Assembly (NCBI GenBank): GCA_051294375.1
Contig: CM119263.1
Span: 16,955,777 to 17,019,776 of the forward strand
Length of the DNA: 64,000 nucleotides
DNA from: Paraspadella gotoi
Lineage: Eukaryota > Animalia > Chaetognatha
Reading direction: 5' to 3'
Part shown: in pieces, positions 1-12,907 of the stretch
How the letters are laid out: each line of letters starts with the position of its first letter
Numbering within the stretch: position 1 is the first letter of the stretch
Made by a program: the position numbers and the translations under genes
Notes under the pieces: model-generated
Seen by the model: only the letters and a program-made list of their open reading frames with translations
What the model was told of the DNA's origin: nothing
Databases searched by the model: none

Positions 1-425
1 ATCAACTAAATGAAATGAGAAAGGAAACACATCATCTTCGTAAGATTAATTCCAAAGTTTTGGCTGCGGCATCGTGTGAGCCGCGCCGCCAGTGCCGCCA
101 CACGAGCGCCGGGTCGTCCGCTATACGGCCTTCGCCACATAATAACGAATGAAACTTTTCCAACAACGCATGCGTTGGAAATCAAAGGGAAAGAATAGCC
201 GCCGTTGCCTCGCTGAGTCTAACGAAGCGAGGAAAAGTAGAAGAGAGAAGAGATGAGCGAAGAGAGCGAGACAGAGAAGAGAGACCGAGAGAGAGAGCAG
301 AGAGAGAGAGAGAGAGAGAGGGAGAGAAAGGAGAGAGAGCAGAACGAAGGCGAAGAGAAGATAGGATATGTTATGAGAAGAGAGAGAGAGAGAGATTCTN
401 NNNNNNNNNNNNNNNNNNNNNNNNG

Positions 426-1162
426 CCAAAAACACTCCTCTTCTTTGCCCTTTTGTTTATGATGGTCGCTGCAGAGGGGTCGGAGGATGGTCTTGCAGGT
501 TCAGAGACACGAAACACTGAGTGACCGGAGAAATCGAGGTGGGACGCAAATTGAAGAGATATGAGAACTTTCTCAACCATAGGGAGAGCAGACGGGAGAT
601 GCAGTGGCAAAAGAGAGGTATATACTGGTCGGGTACTGACCGCCCTCTGGGGATTTGCTCTCCAGTGTGACACGGTGCACGCAGTACCGTGATCTGGAGA
701 GCGGAGAGAGAGACTTCGCGCACTAGTCCCACTGGCGCCAGGTATTCAGAAAGAAGGAGAGGACAAAAAAGCGATGTGGTTTTTGCGTGGACCAGAACAG
801 GTAATATATGGAGGGAGTAGCCCAAAAGTGAGAATTTTATTAGTAGTTTGAGAGTGTTATTATAAGGTGCTGACTGATACTTGAGGTGTAGTTGTCTTAA
901 CTAATGAACGTTTTAGTTGGATAAGCTGAAGACCCCGTCGCAGAGACGTGAGAGCTGCAACGTGTCTTACTTAGCGAAGCGTTTTACATGGATTGTGTAG
1001 AACTTATTATTCTAGTGGGTAAGGTGGTGCGCAATACTGCAAGGAGTTCTTATGAAAGACGTGACCGAGATTTATAGATGTAACACTAAAGTATCAGAAT
1101 AATTAATGGCAAAAAGATGGTACAGTATTCGAATCGGACGAAGACGCACTATGGAACCCCTG
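426..1162 (+). CDS. Putative secreted protein, frameshift-ridden (partial, 2 or more exons)
   Basis: Directly after a gap it reads PKTLLFFALLFMMVAAEG (signal-peptide-like). Later segments in shifted frames read KLKRYENFLNHRESRREMQWQKRGIYW and AMWFLRGPEQ, then CAG|GTAATA donor at 810/811, TTTTAG acceptor at 916, and in-phase LDKLKTPSQRRESCNVSYL. Needs several indel corrections. Confidence 0.3.
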
Positions 1163-3245
1163 ATTTATTCGCCACATCTTCAATAGAAAGACAATCAAAG
1201 GTTTTCTACCAAAATTTGTTTATACATAATAATGAAGTTTCTCTTGTACATACTTAACAAAGCAATTCTCTAATCAACTAAAGCAGATTTTCTCTTTTAT
1301 TTATTTTCTTTTATTGGTTAGTTTATAAAATTAAATATGAATATATTTAATTTAACTAAATTATATTTTAAACTTTTAAAGTAATTCAACTCTCTCTCTC
1401 TCTCTCCTCTCTCTCTCTCGTCTCTCATCTCTCTCCTCTGCTCTCATCTCTCTCCTGCTCTCTGACTTCTCTGTTATCTTTTCTGCCGTGACGACAATGC
1501 TCAAAAATGAGAGGTGGGAACGCAAAAAAAAAGGTTTGCAATACCAATTGTCGAATTGACTGAATTAGTTAAGTCCTGAGTGAAAAAGAAGAGAAAAAGG
1601 GAATCGAAATGGTAAGAGAGAAAAAGAGGAAAAAGGCGGGAAAAAAAGAAGGAAAGAAACAAGGAAGATGAGGAAAGGATGAAGTAAAAGAAAAGAGGAG
1701 AAAGTGCAGAGGAGCGAGAGCGTAAGTAAGAAATGGAATAGGGGAAAGGGGGTGAAGAGCAGAAAGATTAAATCCCTCCGAGATTTGGGACCACGGTCTT
1801 TCCGATGTGCTACATTTCGAAAATAATTGAGAAGAGGAAGGAAGTGAGGGGGCGGCGAACGCGTTAGGGGGGGGGCCGAGTGGAGCAAGAAGGAAAAGGA
1901 GAGGAAAGAAGCTGTAGACGAATTGAATATGTGAAAATATAGAAGATGAAAATTGAAGACACTCTTCTCTTATATCATCTCCTTACCCACGGCTTGCTCA
2001 CCAAGGCTCACTCCACGCCGAGTTGTTAAAACATCCTTGTTTTTTTTAGATTTTTTTTTTTCTTTGAATTGGCCTTTAGAATAATTTTTATTCTTTTTTT
2101 TTGATTGAAGTCTACAGGCTTCTTAATTCATCTCCTCATTAAGTATTCTCCTTTATTTAATTCCCCTTCATCTTCCATACATAAAAATCCCTTTTTACAC
2201 TTGAAAAGGATTGCTATTTTGTTTTTCTCAACTTTTTTCCGTCGCTATTAATCAGGAGCAGCCATCGACTCGCGGGATCAAAATGGCCGTCATCTGTCAA
2301 GGATAAGCGAATGTGAAAGAGGAGGGGGGGGCGGTGAGGTGATTGTTAAGTGGTAAATGAAAGGGAGGAAAGTAAGGGAAAAAGGACAACAAAAGAAAGG
2401 AAAAGACAGTAAAAAAAAGTGAATGGAAAGATAAAGGTAAGAGAGCGAAAGGTTTATCGTTTTTTCCTCTATGACGATATAGAAAAAAAACTTATAAACA
2501 ATTTTGCATGAATTATCATTTGTTTGTTTATTTTCTAATTAATCGATTTCACTAAAAATTAAATATTTGGGCGTTTCGAAATAGTAACTGGCAACGACAA
2601 TGATACATGACACGAAATAACAGGTCAAAAGATATAAACAGAGTTAACGTAAATAATACTCCATCAAAATCTGCTCCTCCTCCCGCGCCCATTCTTGTCT
2701 TTTCATTCTTCGATGCTCTTTTTTTTCCCTTTTGTTTTGTTTTGTTTTCTTTCTTTGTTTTCTTTTCTTCGCCTGCGTCTTCTCTCTTCTCGCCTTCGAA
2801 GTGGCCAGCTGAAGTCACAGACGCGACCTGTGTTACGATCAGTGAAGAAGAAAAAACGAATGCAAACAAGACCAACTGATGCAAGCACAACCATGCTATA
2901 AAAAAAAGTCAAACAAATTCCAATCAAAACAAAAGCGCATAACAAAGGGAATGAAATCGTCTTGACTGACTCAGGTCAAAATAGCAATTTAAAATTTGAA
3001 AGTCACTATCTCACTAATACTTATCATTTTACTTGACAAGAGCTAACTTATACAATCACTTTGAACAAGACGAGATACGTTAAACCCGTGTTCGTTGAAC
3101 CGAGACTCTCTTAGACGCCGTAGGTTTCGAGGACGATCAACTCGACCGGGGATCACGTGATGTGAAGAGGGCGCACCTGCACGCGCTCTCCGCATGGGCG
3201 AACTCACCCGAGGCGATCTCTCACCCTTAACTCTCTCCTTCCTCT

Positions 3246-3287
<42 letters not shown>

Positions 3288-5968
3288 GTCTCTCCGTCTC
3301 TCTCTCTCTCATCTTCTCTCTCTCTCTGCCTTCAATTTGACAAATGGATTCTGACCGGTTTTTTTGAATCCTGGAAAGCGAGAGATGATGAAGACGACGA
3401 CGGACGCAGACGACGACGACGTAGAACGACGACGACCAAACCGACCGACGACGTAGACGACGGCGCCCACGCCACGCTTTTGTCCACAATCTTTTTTTTT
3501 TTTTATTTTAGGTTAGCTGCAGCGACTTTAATTCACAATTTTTTTCCTAGTCCTCGTCGTCGTTTTCGTCGTCGTCTTTTTTGAAAGTAATCCTATGGTT
3601 TCACTTTCACTTTCCCCTTTCACCAACCAGTTTCTCGCTTTCTCACTCCAACGAAAATGAACTTAAAGATCTTAGATTTCTCTTTTCTTTTTTGAGTGCG
3701 TGTTCTTTTTTTTTTTCTTTCCTTTTTATTATTTTTTGATTTCGCCTTAGTTCTCGTTCCAACCAAACATTCTCATTAAACGATATATCACAGTGTAAGT
3801 CTTTCTTTAAACAACAAACAATTTTCTCTCCCCAAACAATAAAAATTAAAGCGAATTTTTATTTTTTATTCTTGGCAAATATTTTTTTTTCTTCTGGCGT
3901 AAAAAAAGACTTTGAACCAAAACAATAAAAGCCTCGAATTTTCGTTCCGCTTTTCCTCGGACGACGCCGTCGAAGCGCCTTGATCTGTCTATCTTGAAAT
4001 TGTAACAATTGTAATTCATCTAATGTTTCAATCAGAAACCATATTTCCCACAACTCCTTTATCACTAACATCTCTATCGTCTGTATCATTTCTCCATTGG
4101 GTCGCTGTCGGCTCACATTAGCGCAATCTCAAAACGTGATCCCAACCCCTTTCTACCTCGTCGAGCCAATCGACCTCAGCATTGCAGAAACCCGATTTGG
4201 CAATCACGCCTTTCATACCATCTGCTCGATAAAAACATCGCCTCCCGTTGCATCTCCGTCGTGTTGTCGATCGGCATCTGCATAATGGAAGCAGCACCTC
4301 CCGAGTTCGATCTTCGCCGTCGCATCTCCGGATAAAATTGGGGATCCATTTCCGACAAAAAAAGCAATTCCTCCATTCCAAACTCCTCGGCTCAACTGGC
4401 ACCTCCATTCCCATATTCCCACATCTGTTCGCACCTTGCCGCATCTGCCGGCGTCTGCTTTCTTCCGGGGTAATTTGTCGTTATTTGGCTTCGCTTCCTC
4501 TCTTCCTCTTCCTCTCTAAATAACTCCCTTTCTCTCATTCTATCTCTCGCTCTCTCTTTCTTGCTTTCCACCTCTCATCTTATTTTTATTTCCTTCTTTT
4601 CTCTGTCACTCTGTCTCTGTCTCTCTGGCTCCCTCTCCCTCTCTCTCTCTCTCTCCCTCCCTCTCTCCCTCTCTCTCTTTCTCTCGGGCCTGATTGTCGC
4701 TCAGCCTCCGTTTTGTTTTTATTTGTCTGCCACCGACTTTTCATTGTTTTCCGCGTCCCTTTTTATTTTCTTCTCGGAATTAGGGATTCCGCCGAAACCG
4801 GGCGCCCGTCGTCATCGTCGTCGTCGTCGTCTTCGTTTTCTCGGATTCTGTCGCAAGGGTTGGGCATTGGGGAGCAAAGGAGAAAGAGAGAGAAAAGACT
4901 CCGAACCCGGAATGGGATCATCAGTTTTAGGAAGAGGGAGGAAGGAGATGGAATGCGAAGGAAGATGTAAAAAAAGCCGTAAAGAACTTCAAGGATCACC
5001 ACAGATTTCCGGGAAATCGAAAGATATCTCCGGATTCGTTCTATTAAAGAGCTGGAAAAGACGGGAAGGATAAAGGGTTGATGGCCCTTTCTCTTTTCCT
5101 TTTTTTTTAAACAAAACAAACACTTTTCGAAGCAATCTTTTTTCGTTTTCATATTAGTTATTTACATTCCTCGTCTTCCTTTTTTTGGTATTCTTTTTTG
5201 TCATCATCATCGTCATCGTCGTCGTCGTCGTCGTGACTTTTACTCTCGACCTCCGACCTCTTGTTTCCTCCGCTTTTCGCCCCAGTGCTTCCAAGTTTCG
5301 CCGCCAGGATTTCTTCGTTTCGACTCACGAGGTTCGTCTCTTCTTTCTCGGGATGACGGAGGGCGTCACAAAATCTTTTCTCATCCTTTCGCCTATGTCA
5401 TCTCAACTCTTCTCACCCTAACTCCTAAGAACATCCATTCCAAGCAGTCCGACTTCATCGATCAAGGCTTCGAAACATTCGATTCAATTTAAAATTTAAA
5501 TAACGTACAAAACTAATCAAATAACAATTTATCTTAACCACGTCTATCGGTAGTGAATTGACATCACGTAAAACATTCTTCATATCCTACTGTTTCTCAT
5601 AATGATTCTTTACACTCTCCAACTTAACAACACATTAAATTATTTTAATTCCATATTCTAACCTCGCGGAATTTCCGTCACTCAGGAAACATCGTCGTCG
5701 TTATCGTCGTCGCCATCGTCGTCTTCTTCGATCAATTAATCCCTTGAGTTTAATTCGACTCGTTCAATCTTTTCGTGACGACTTTTCTCCTTTCGCCCGA
5801 GACGTCTTCCGGTCGCCACTACATCATATCTTTTCTGGTAGCCGCCATTTTCTTTCTTCTCTCCTCTTCCTCCTCCTTACCCTCTCTTCCTTCACTCCTT
5901 CCTCTCGTCCTCTTTCTTCCCATCTTCCCTCTCGTTTTCTCCTCGCTCTTCTTTCTTTAACCTCCTTA

Positions 5969-6158
5969 TCAAACTGCATGTATCCTGGGTAAAGTTTGTT
6001 TATAATCATCCTCGTCGTATCCGTCTTCTCTTCCGAGACCTTGTTTGATATTCACGTCCCCCCGCGTCAGGGGCGTAGTCAGCGGCTGCGGCGGCGCCGG
6101 CGGCTGCGTCATATTTTGACCATCAAGAGACGTTGCTTGAGTAGCGACAACGATCCCT
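5969..6158 (-). CDS. Candidate terminal exon (GIVVATQATSLDGQNMTQPPAPPQPLTTPLTRGDVNIKQGLGREDGYDEDDYKQTLPRIHAV*)
   Basis: Strong TCTTCCTTTTTGTTTTTTTAAG acceptor; 1+63 codons open to TGA; phase matches the donor at 7801. Confidence 0.4.
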
Positions 6159-6564
6159 CTTAAAAAAACAAAAAGGAAGAACCGGTTGTACAGCGNNNNN
6201 NNNNNNNNNNNNNNNNNNNNNNNNNNNNNNNNNNNNNNNNNNNNNNNNNNNNNNNNNNNNNNNNNNNNNNNNNNNNNNNNNNNNNNNNNNNNNNNNNNNN
6301 NNNNNNNNNNNNNNNNNNNNNNNNNNNNNNNNNNNNNNNNNNNNNNNNNNNNNNNNNNNNNNNNNNNNNNNNNNNNNNNNNNNNNNNNNNNNNNNNNNNN
6401 NNNNNNNNNNNNNNNNNNNNNNNNNNNNNNNNNNNNNNNNNNNNNNNNNNNNNNNGACTCCCACCGGTTTAGACTCCGGCCTTGTTTATTTTCCCCGCTC
6501 TCCGATCCGTAAAGCTCCTCCCTCCGTGTTTGCGTTGGCGTCTTTTGTTTTTGTTATTTTCGGT

Positions 6565-6643
6565 TTATCTGTAAAGCTCCATCTGTCGCCGCCGCGAGAA
6601 ATCTTCCTCCCATGTCGGCCGTCGCCGCGAGCGGCGCTTCTCT
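6565..6643 (-). CDS. Exon 3 (terminal) of small single-pass membrane protein: (R)EKRRSRRRPTWEEDFSRRRQMELYR*
   Basis: (CT)n tract plus CACATAG acceptor; in phase with the upstream AG|GT donor at 7801; ends TAA. Confidence 0.5.
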
Positions 6644-6648
6644 CTATG

Positions 6649-6725
<77 letters not shown>

Positions 6726-7800
6726 CGCACACAAATATATAGGAGAAACGGAAAGACGGCAAAAAGGTTTGATGGAAATGAAAACGAAAGAGGAAAGAAA
6801 GAAATCAAAGAAAGAAAAGAGAAAAAAAATATAAAAAAGGCAGTAAGATTGAAAGAAGAAAAAAAAAGGGAGCAAAAAATTAAGAAGAAAAAAAGGAAAG
6901 CAGACGAAAAAAAATGGCTGAACCATCTGTGCTGATTTTTTTTCTTTTTTAGGTTTCGGTGTCAACAGAACTATTGCATAGTTATGCAGTCGAGAAACTC
7001 AAGTTGAATTAAAAATTTCTTCAAAAACGTCAAAACCTGTTGATGGAAGACTGGAGAGAAAGGTCTTTCATCTCAAACCAGAAATACCTAGCTCAAAAAA
7101 AAATTTCANNNNNNNNNNNNNNNNNNNNNNNNNNNNNNNNNNNNNNNNNNNNNNNNNNNNNNNNNNNNNNNNNNNNNNNNNNNNNNNNNNNNNNNNNNNN
7201 NNNNNNNNNNNNNNNNNNNNNNNNNNNNNNNNNNNNNNNNNNNNNNNNNNNNNNNNNNNNNNNNNNNNNNNGAGAGAGAGAGAGAGCAAGTTAAAGCAGA
7301 GACTTATTTTTTATTCCACATTTTTATGAGAACGGAACACAATTTTTCCGTCCAACCGACGGAAATGGGTTTAATCAGAGACCAAGAGGAGGGAGACAAA
7401 GGAAGAAAAAGAAAAGAAACATCGGGAGGCGAGTAAGTGCTTGACTGCCGAGTCATTCAGACCCGCATAAATTCGTAGCGCGACGCTGAGCAACTTTAAT
7501 TCGATTTCGCTTTCGCCTCAATGGCGCGTTGGCGGCCGTTACGGGAGAACTCATTATTACGTACTGGAACGTTTAATAACGAAGAAGCGACTACAAGGTG
7601 CTAATCGGAGCGAAAACCGTCAACTGTCTCCCACAACTTACAAAGTGAAAGAAAATAGACTAATACGAAAAAAAATTAAATTAAAGTTAAATCCTAATGT
7701 GAATTTGATCGACTTACTTTGTGTCGATTGTCATGATCGAGAACAGATTGAGGGGTCGGAACAACGCATGAGTTTGCGGTAAAACTACTGATATTTTCAC

Positions 7801-7921
7801 CTGAGGGCGCGCTGGTTGCGACGCTTCTTGACGTTGTGGGCGATGGTGCCGCCGATACCGCAGACGACGCAGACGAGCACGAGCAGAGCCGCGAAAAGAT
7901 ATCCCACCGCTGCCCAGCTGC
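7801..7921 (-). CDS. Exon 2 of small membrane protein, encodes the transmembrane helix (GSWAAVGYLFAALLVLVCVVCGIGGTIAHNVKKRRNQRAL)
   Basis: CATCAAG acceptor and AG|GTGAAA donor; ~23-residue hydrophobic stretch followed by a KKRR positive-inside stop-transfer cluster; frame fits exon 1 across the 79-nt intron 8000-7922. Confidence 0.7.
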
Positions 7922-8000
7922 CTTGATGAGGGGCGGATCGGGAAAGGAGTGAGATTTGGATCGCTCAATGATCGATCTATCAAAAGGGAGAAGCCATCAC

Positions 8001-8088
8001 CGGTCCACTCGCTCTTGATGTCTTCCGTTTCCTCGCTGCCGAGGAGGTGTTTGATGCCGCCCAACTCATTGCTCGATGCGTTGGTCAT
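8001..8088 (-). CDS. Exon 1 of small membrane protein (MTNASSNELGGIKHLLGSEETEDIKSEWT)
   Basis: ATG directly after a TTGACAG acceptor, so upstream exons are possible; G|GTGATG donor; N-A-S sequon on the predicted extracellular side. Confidence 0.6.
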
Positions 8089-9619
8089 CTGTCAATTTAA
8101 TTCTTCTTGATCGATATGGATTGCATGGGCACCAATTATGATTCTCTCAACTAGTGGTTACGAATAATCGTTCTCTATTTCTCCGATCGATGAAAATTTC
8201 AGGATACTTTATGTTGATATAGCATTGCAATTTTTGATTCTGCACCAAAATCAATTCGAAAAGTTACTAATTATTAACTGTTAATCGAATTAAACCATTA
8301 TTTATTCTTCTCAGCTTTGTACAAATGTGTCTCACCTCGTTGAGACGATAAATCCATTGTCTGCAGTGAGTTTTAATTCATTTCCAGTCACAACTTTAGT
8401 CTCGAGGAAAAAGCAAGAAGTGAAGACGACGAAGACGACAACGACGGCGATAACTTTGCTTCATTTTTAGATTACGAATCCATCACAACAAGAATAACGA
8501 GCAAAAGATGCGGTAAGCAGGTTTTCTAAAACAACAAATGATTTCATGAGATGGAAAAAAAGGAAGGAAGAGAGAGTGTGTGTTAAATGTTATGCCTTAT
8601 CCTCCCTATTTCTGATATCTTTCTCTCTCTGTCACAAAAAATAAGCGTTCGGTCAATTTTCGCGCGCGTTTCTCAAAGTAAGAGAGAGATTTCCTGATGA
8701 GTTTTTCGTCTCATTTATGAAATAAATCGAAACCAATCGCCCTGAAGAAACCTCGTATTTACGAATTTCCAATGGAATTTTTTGCGAGAATAAAAGTTTA
8801 AATATACAATTTCCGACGTCCTTAAATTTGGAACTCATGTTAACCTGTTCGTCCGGGTGAAGTCTTGAACGCTCGACATCACTAGAGTGAGAGGAAAAGA
8901 GAGAGAGGTTTAAGGTTTAAGAGAGAGCACTCTAATAAAAAAGTCTCACAGTAAAGTTTCCCTTGTAATGGAATTGGAATTATAATTGTAATGGAATTAT
9001 TGAATTATATAAAAAACTTAAAACCATAAATTTTCCATTTATTTAGCTGTTTTATACCGTTTTTTCACTATTTGTTTTTAAGCCTGAAAAAAAAACTTTC
9101 TTTATTGTTTTCTCACCAGATGTCTCTATTTTTTTTCCTCCTTTCTTCATCTTTCCAGGTCAAATCATCCCCAAACGGTGTTGACCACGACCGCCTCCGT
9201 GAAACCAATCAAACGCGACGGCTATCGTCGTCGAGTTGGAAACAGAATAAACAAGACGCAGCTGTCTGCTGCCCGCTTTCGTCGTGACCGAAAAAGCTAC
9301 GCCGCAGATACTTACCCCCTTGTCGGCGTCGAGACCTTCCCCAACCGCTTTTCCTCCGCACCGCGCCCCGTCCAGCGCCGACACTCGGCTGCGCCGCCAT
9401 CTCCCGAACCCGCGGCGAAGCTGTCTCCAGAACCAGCAGGCGCCGCCATCTCTGGAATAAGCGGCGCCGCAATCTTCCGAACCCGCGACGCCGCAACTTT
9501 GACCCCGAATTTCTTTCTCGCGTTCTCGTCTTCGCGCCATATTTTTTCCTTTCCACATCCGGTGGCGGTTATTTTTGGGAATCGCGCGCGTCGGCATCTC
9601 GATTCTATGTCGCTCCCTC

Positions 9620-9865
9620 AATCTTCACCACTTTCCGTTCACGTCTCTGGCCTCACTTCACATCTCGTGCCTCGTCTCACGTCTCTAACCTCGCCTCACA
9701 TCTCTAACCTCATTGAAAATTTGTTTGTCTCGTCTCACATCCCTAACATCATTTTGCATCTAAATGTCTCGCCTCGCTTTACATCTGTAATCTAACTTCA
9801 CTTCTCTAACCTCACTTTACATATCTAACGTCTCTTCACATCTCTAACATCTCTTCACATCCCAC
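9620..9865. repeat. Degenerate minisatellite (CTCACATCTCTAAC-like units)
   Basis: Recurrent ctcacatctctaac / cttcacatct / ctcacttc variants through the interval. Confidence 0.6.
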
Positions 9866-11204
9866 TCCTTCATGTTCCACTCTACCTTTCTCGTCGACTC
9901 AATCTTCCTCTCTCCTAATTTAATCACATTTCCCCCAGAAAACCTAACTTTAACCCTTTTTTTTCTAATTCCATTCGGTTTCCTTTATTTCTCATATACA
10001 ACGCATCTTCCACTTTTCCAGACCTTACCTAGAATTTTACTTACCCGTGGACCAAATTCCCTCTTTCCTTGCCTCCTACCCGTTTTGCGACCAACCACCT
10101 TCCATTTCTCGTTTTTTTACCGGAAGGCGAATGTGATGTGATTTATTCCCGGATTTTTATTACGAATCTGATGCGGCGGCGACGACGACGACGACGAAGA
10201 CGACGACGACGACGATGGCAAAAAAGGACGACGACGACGAAAACGACGAGGACAACGTCGACGCAAAAAAGACGATGGTAGCGAAAACGACGACCATCAC
10301 GACGACAACTGCCAAGACTAAAACGAAGTAGTAAAAAAACAAGACGACGACGACGAGTGAAAAGACAACATCAACTAAGACAGAAAATACTGTCGGCAAG
10401 AGAAGCAGAAAAATAAGAAAGTCAACAAGAAAACGATGACAGGGTGGGTCCGAGATGGAAGATGGAAGGAGATACAAGTTGCTGGAAATAGTGAAAATTC
10501 GCCCAAGGCTAAAACGACGGAGCGGATGCATCGGTGAGAATAACGAAAAAAAACCGCGGAAACAACGTGTACAATACAATGTACTGTACATGCTGGTAAA
10601 AACAGTAAGGTCGACGAAGATCTAATAACCAGTGGCAAACCATGGAAACCATGGAAACGGTTAACACTAGGGCTAACGTGGAAAACGACGGAACCATAGA
10701 CGACTGTACGCAATATACGGATATAACGACGACGACGAAAATGATTTTGGAAGTAAACAGAGGAGAAGATGGGGAAACAATTGTGGACAGGGGCAATGGA
10801 CATTCGGAGACACGTAGACAATATTTCCTTCGAGGACGCATTTCGGGAAAAAAAAAGTACGACGGTACAAACGACCAATTCGCAGTTACGAGGACGAGGA
10901 AGGTGACGTCGACGTCGACGACGACGACGACGACGACGAGGTGGATGACGACAAAGAAGATGACTAGAATAATGATGACGACGACGACGACGACAGCGAA
11001 GACTATCGTCCCTCATTTTATTTCTTTTTCGTTTCCCTTCGTCACCTCGACGACGACGACGACGACGACGACGGAAACGAAAAGGAATATGAAACGTGCG
11101 TTTTTCGCGCGTGAGGCGAGAGTCGGCCCCCCGAAACGTGAGCGAGGGCGTCGACAGGGGGGCGAGAAGGGGGGGGGGGAGTGACTAGATACAGGTCGAT
11201 AGTC

Positions 11205-11300
11205 GAGAGTGATTACGTGCAACCAACTGCGATTGGCTGGGGATAAGGACGGCCCGGTGGGTGACGCTGTAAAAAGCCTTCGTAATCCCGCCAGTCTATT
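11205..11300 (+). promoter_or_regulatory. Candidate Pol II core promoter
   Basis: ATTGG (reverse CCAAT) 11232, TGACG 11262, TATA-like GTAAAAAG 11269, Inr-like CCAGTC 11291. Motif order only; no transcript evidence. Confidence 0.3.
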
Positions 11301-12063
11301 AACCTAAGAAAAGAACAAACTTACGAACGAAGGGACGGATCGACTTTTAAAATGTCACGTACGGATATTATTTAAAAAAATAAAACCTATTGTAAAGATT
11401 TTTAGTAATTGCAATTCGCTGAGCGACAATGTATGACCGTTGCATTTACATTGTCGTTTGCGGTTTTTTGTTTTGTTTTGTTATTATTTGTTAATTAATC
11501 AAGTGTTCTTTATTTAAGTTCACGGCCTCTCACATTTTCTTCCCCAGCCACTTTTTTCGTTTTCCTTTAAATCGCCTCACACTCTTTATCCCACGAGCGT
11601 CGGACTCGTTTTCCTCCCATTACGAGCTTTTGGGGGAATAAAGGCGAGGGGGGAACCTGTGGAGAGATAGGGGGCGGAAAATAAAAAAGAGGAAAAAAGG
11701 GTAGAAAATAGGAAAAAAAGAAAAGAAGAAAAAGGGAAAAAAAAGTACTAAAAAAAAATGAAAGCAAAGAACGGCGAGAATTACCCATTACTGTTATTAT
11801 CTATAAGCCAAATGCGAGACAAGAAAAAAAATCCGCAGGAAAAAAAATGAAATAAGCGGATTTTTTTTCTTTGCGGTATTATCGGCGGATGGATTAAACA
11901 AATAACTCAACTGGCTCTTAATTGCGTTTGCAACAGAATGCTTGCAATCAAAGTTTGATGTTGCGTGGTTTTGCGTCAATTTATGCGTGGACGTTTCAAT
12001 GTGATTGGAGTATGTTTATGCGTGCGTTTCTGATCCGTAAAAGAGAGACAGAAAAAAAAGATG

Positions 12064-12132
<69 letters not shown>

Positions 12133-12394
12133 TTCTTAATCGCAGAAATAAAAAGAAAACAAAAGTAGTAGAAACCGAATGAAAGAAAAAGAGGGAAAGA
12201 GAGCAAGTGAGATGGCAAGAAGGATAAAATAAAAAGAAAAGGAAAGAAGAAATAAAATGGAAACGAGAGAAATAAACCGTAAGATGATGAGAGACGGAAT
12301 AAAATACTGAATTACAGAAACGGAAGGAAAAGTAAGAAAGTCAAAGGAGGAGGAATTAATGGAAATTGCGAAAAAGGGAGAAAGAAAGATACAA

Positions 12395-12420
12395 AAAAGA
12401 AAGAAAGAGAGAAAGAAAGT

Positions 12421-12504
<84 letters not shown>

Positions 12505-12510
12505 AGGAAA
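12395..12510. repeat. (AAAG)n microsatellite
   Basis: Long near-perfect AAAG run. Confidence 0.95.
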
Positions 12511-12907
12511 GTAAAAAAAATAAGATTAAGAGAAAACAAAAGAAAACGAAAGAGGAAAAGCAAAATGAAAAAAGATGAACGATAAACGGGAAGAAGATAA
12601 TCAAAGTTTGCGAGAAAGAGGAATAAAGAGAGAAAACCCAGGGTATAAAAGATAACGCCAGCGCCAAAAATAAGCGAGTTAAAACCGCGCAAGGGTTTCG
12701 TCGGAGCGAGGCGCGCTCTCGCCGCGTGGCGTCGAATCGTAAAAACCAATTTCTGTTTTACGGAGAGAAAGAAAAAAAAGACGAGGAAAATAAGGAAACA
12801 AAGAAACGGGGGGGGGGTTATCTTTCTCAAAAAAACACAAATTTATACGAAAGATTAAACCCACAAATTTCTACGGAAAGATTGAACAAATTAAAATTAA
12901 AATTAAA

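Noticed and set aside
2256-2334. GAAIDSRDQNGRH resembling an ankyrin-repeat junction after a CAG acceptor
   Set aside because: It lacks the following TPLHxA motif and neighbouring repeats; too short to support.
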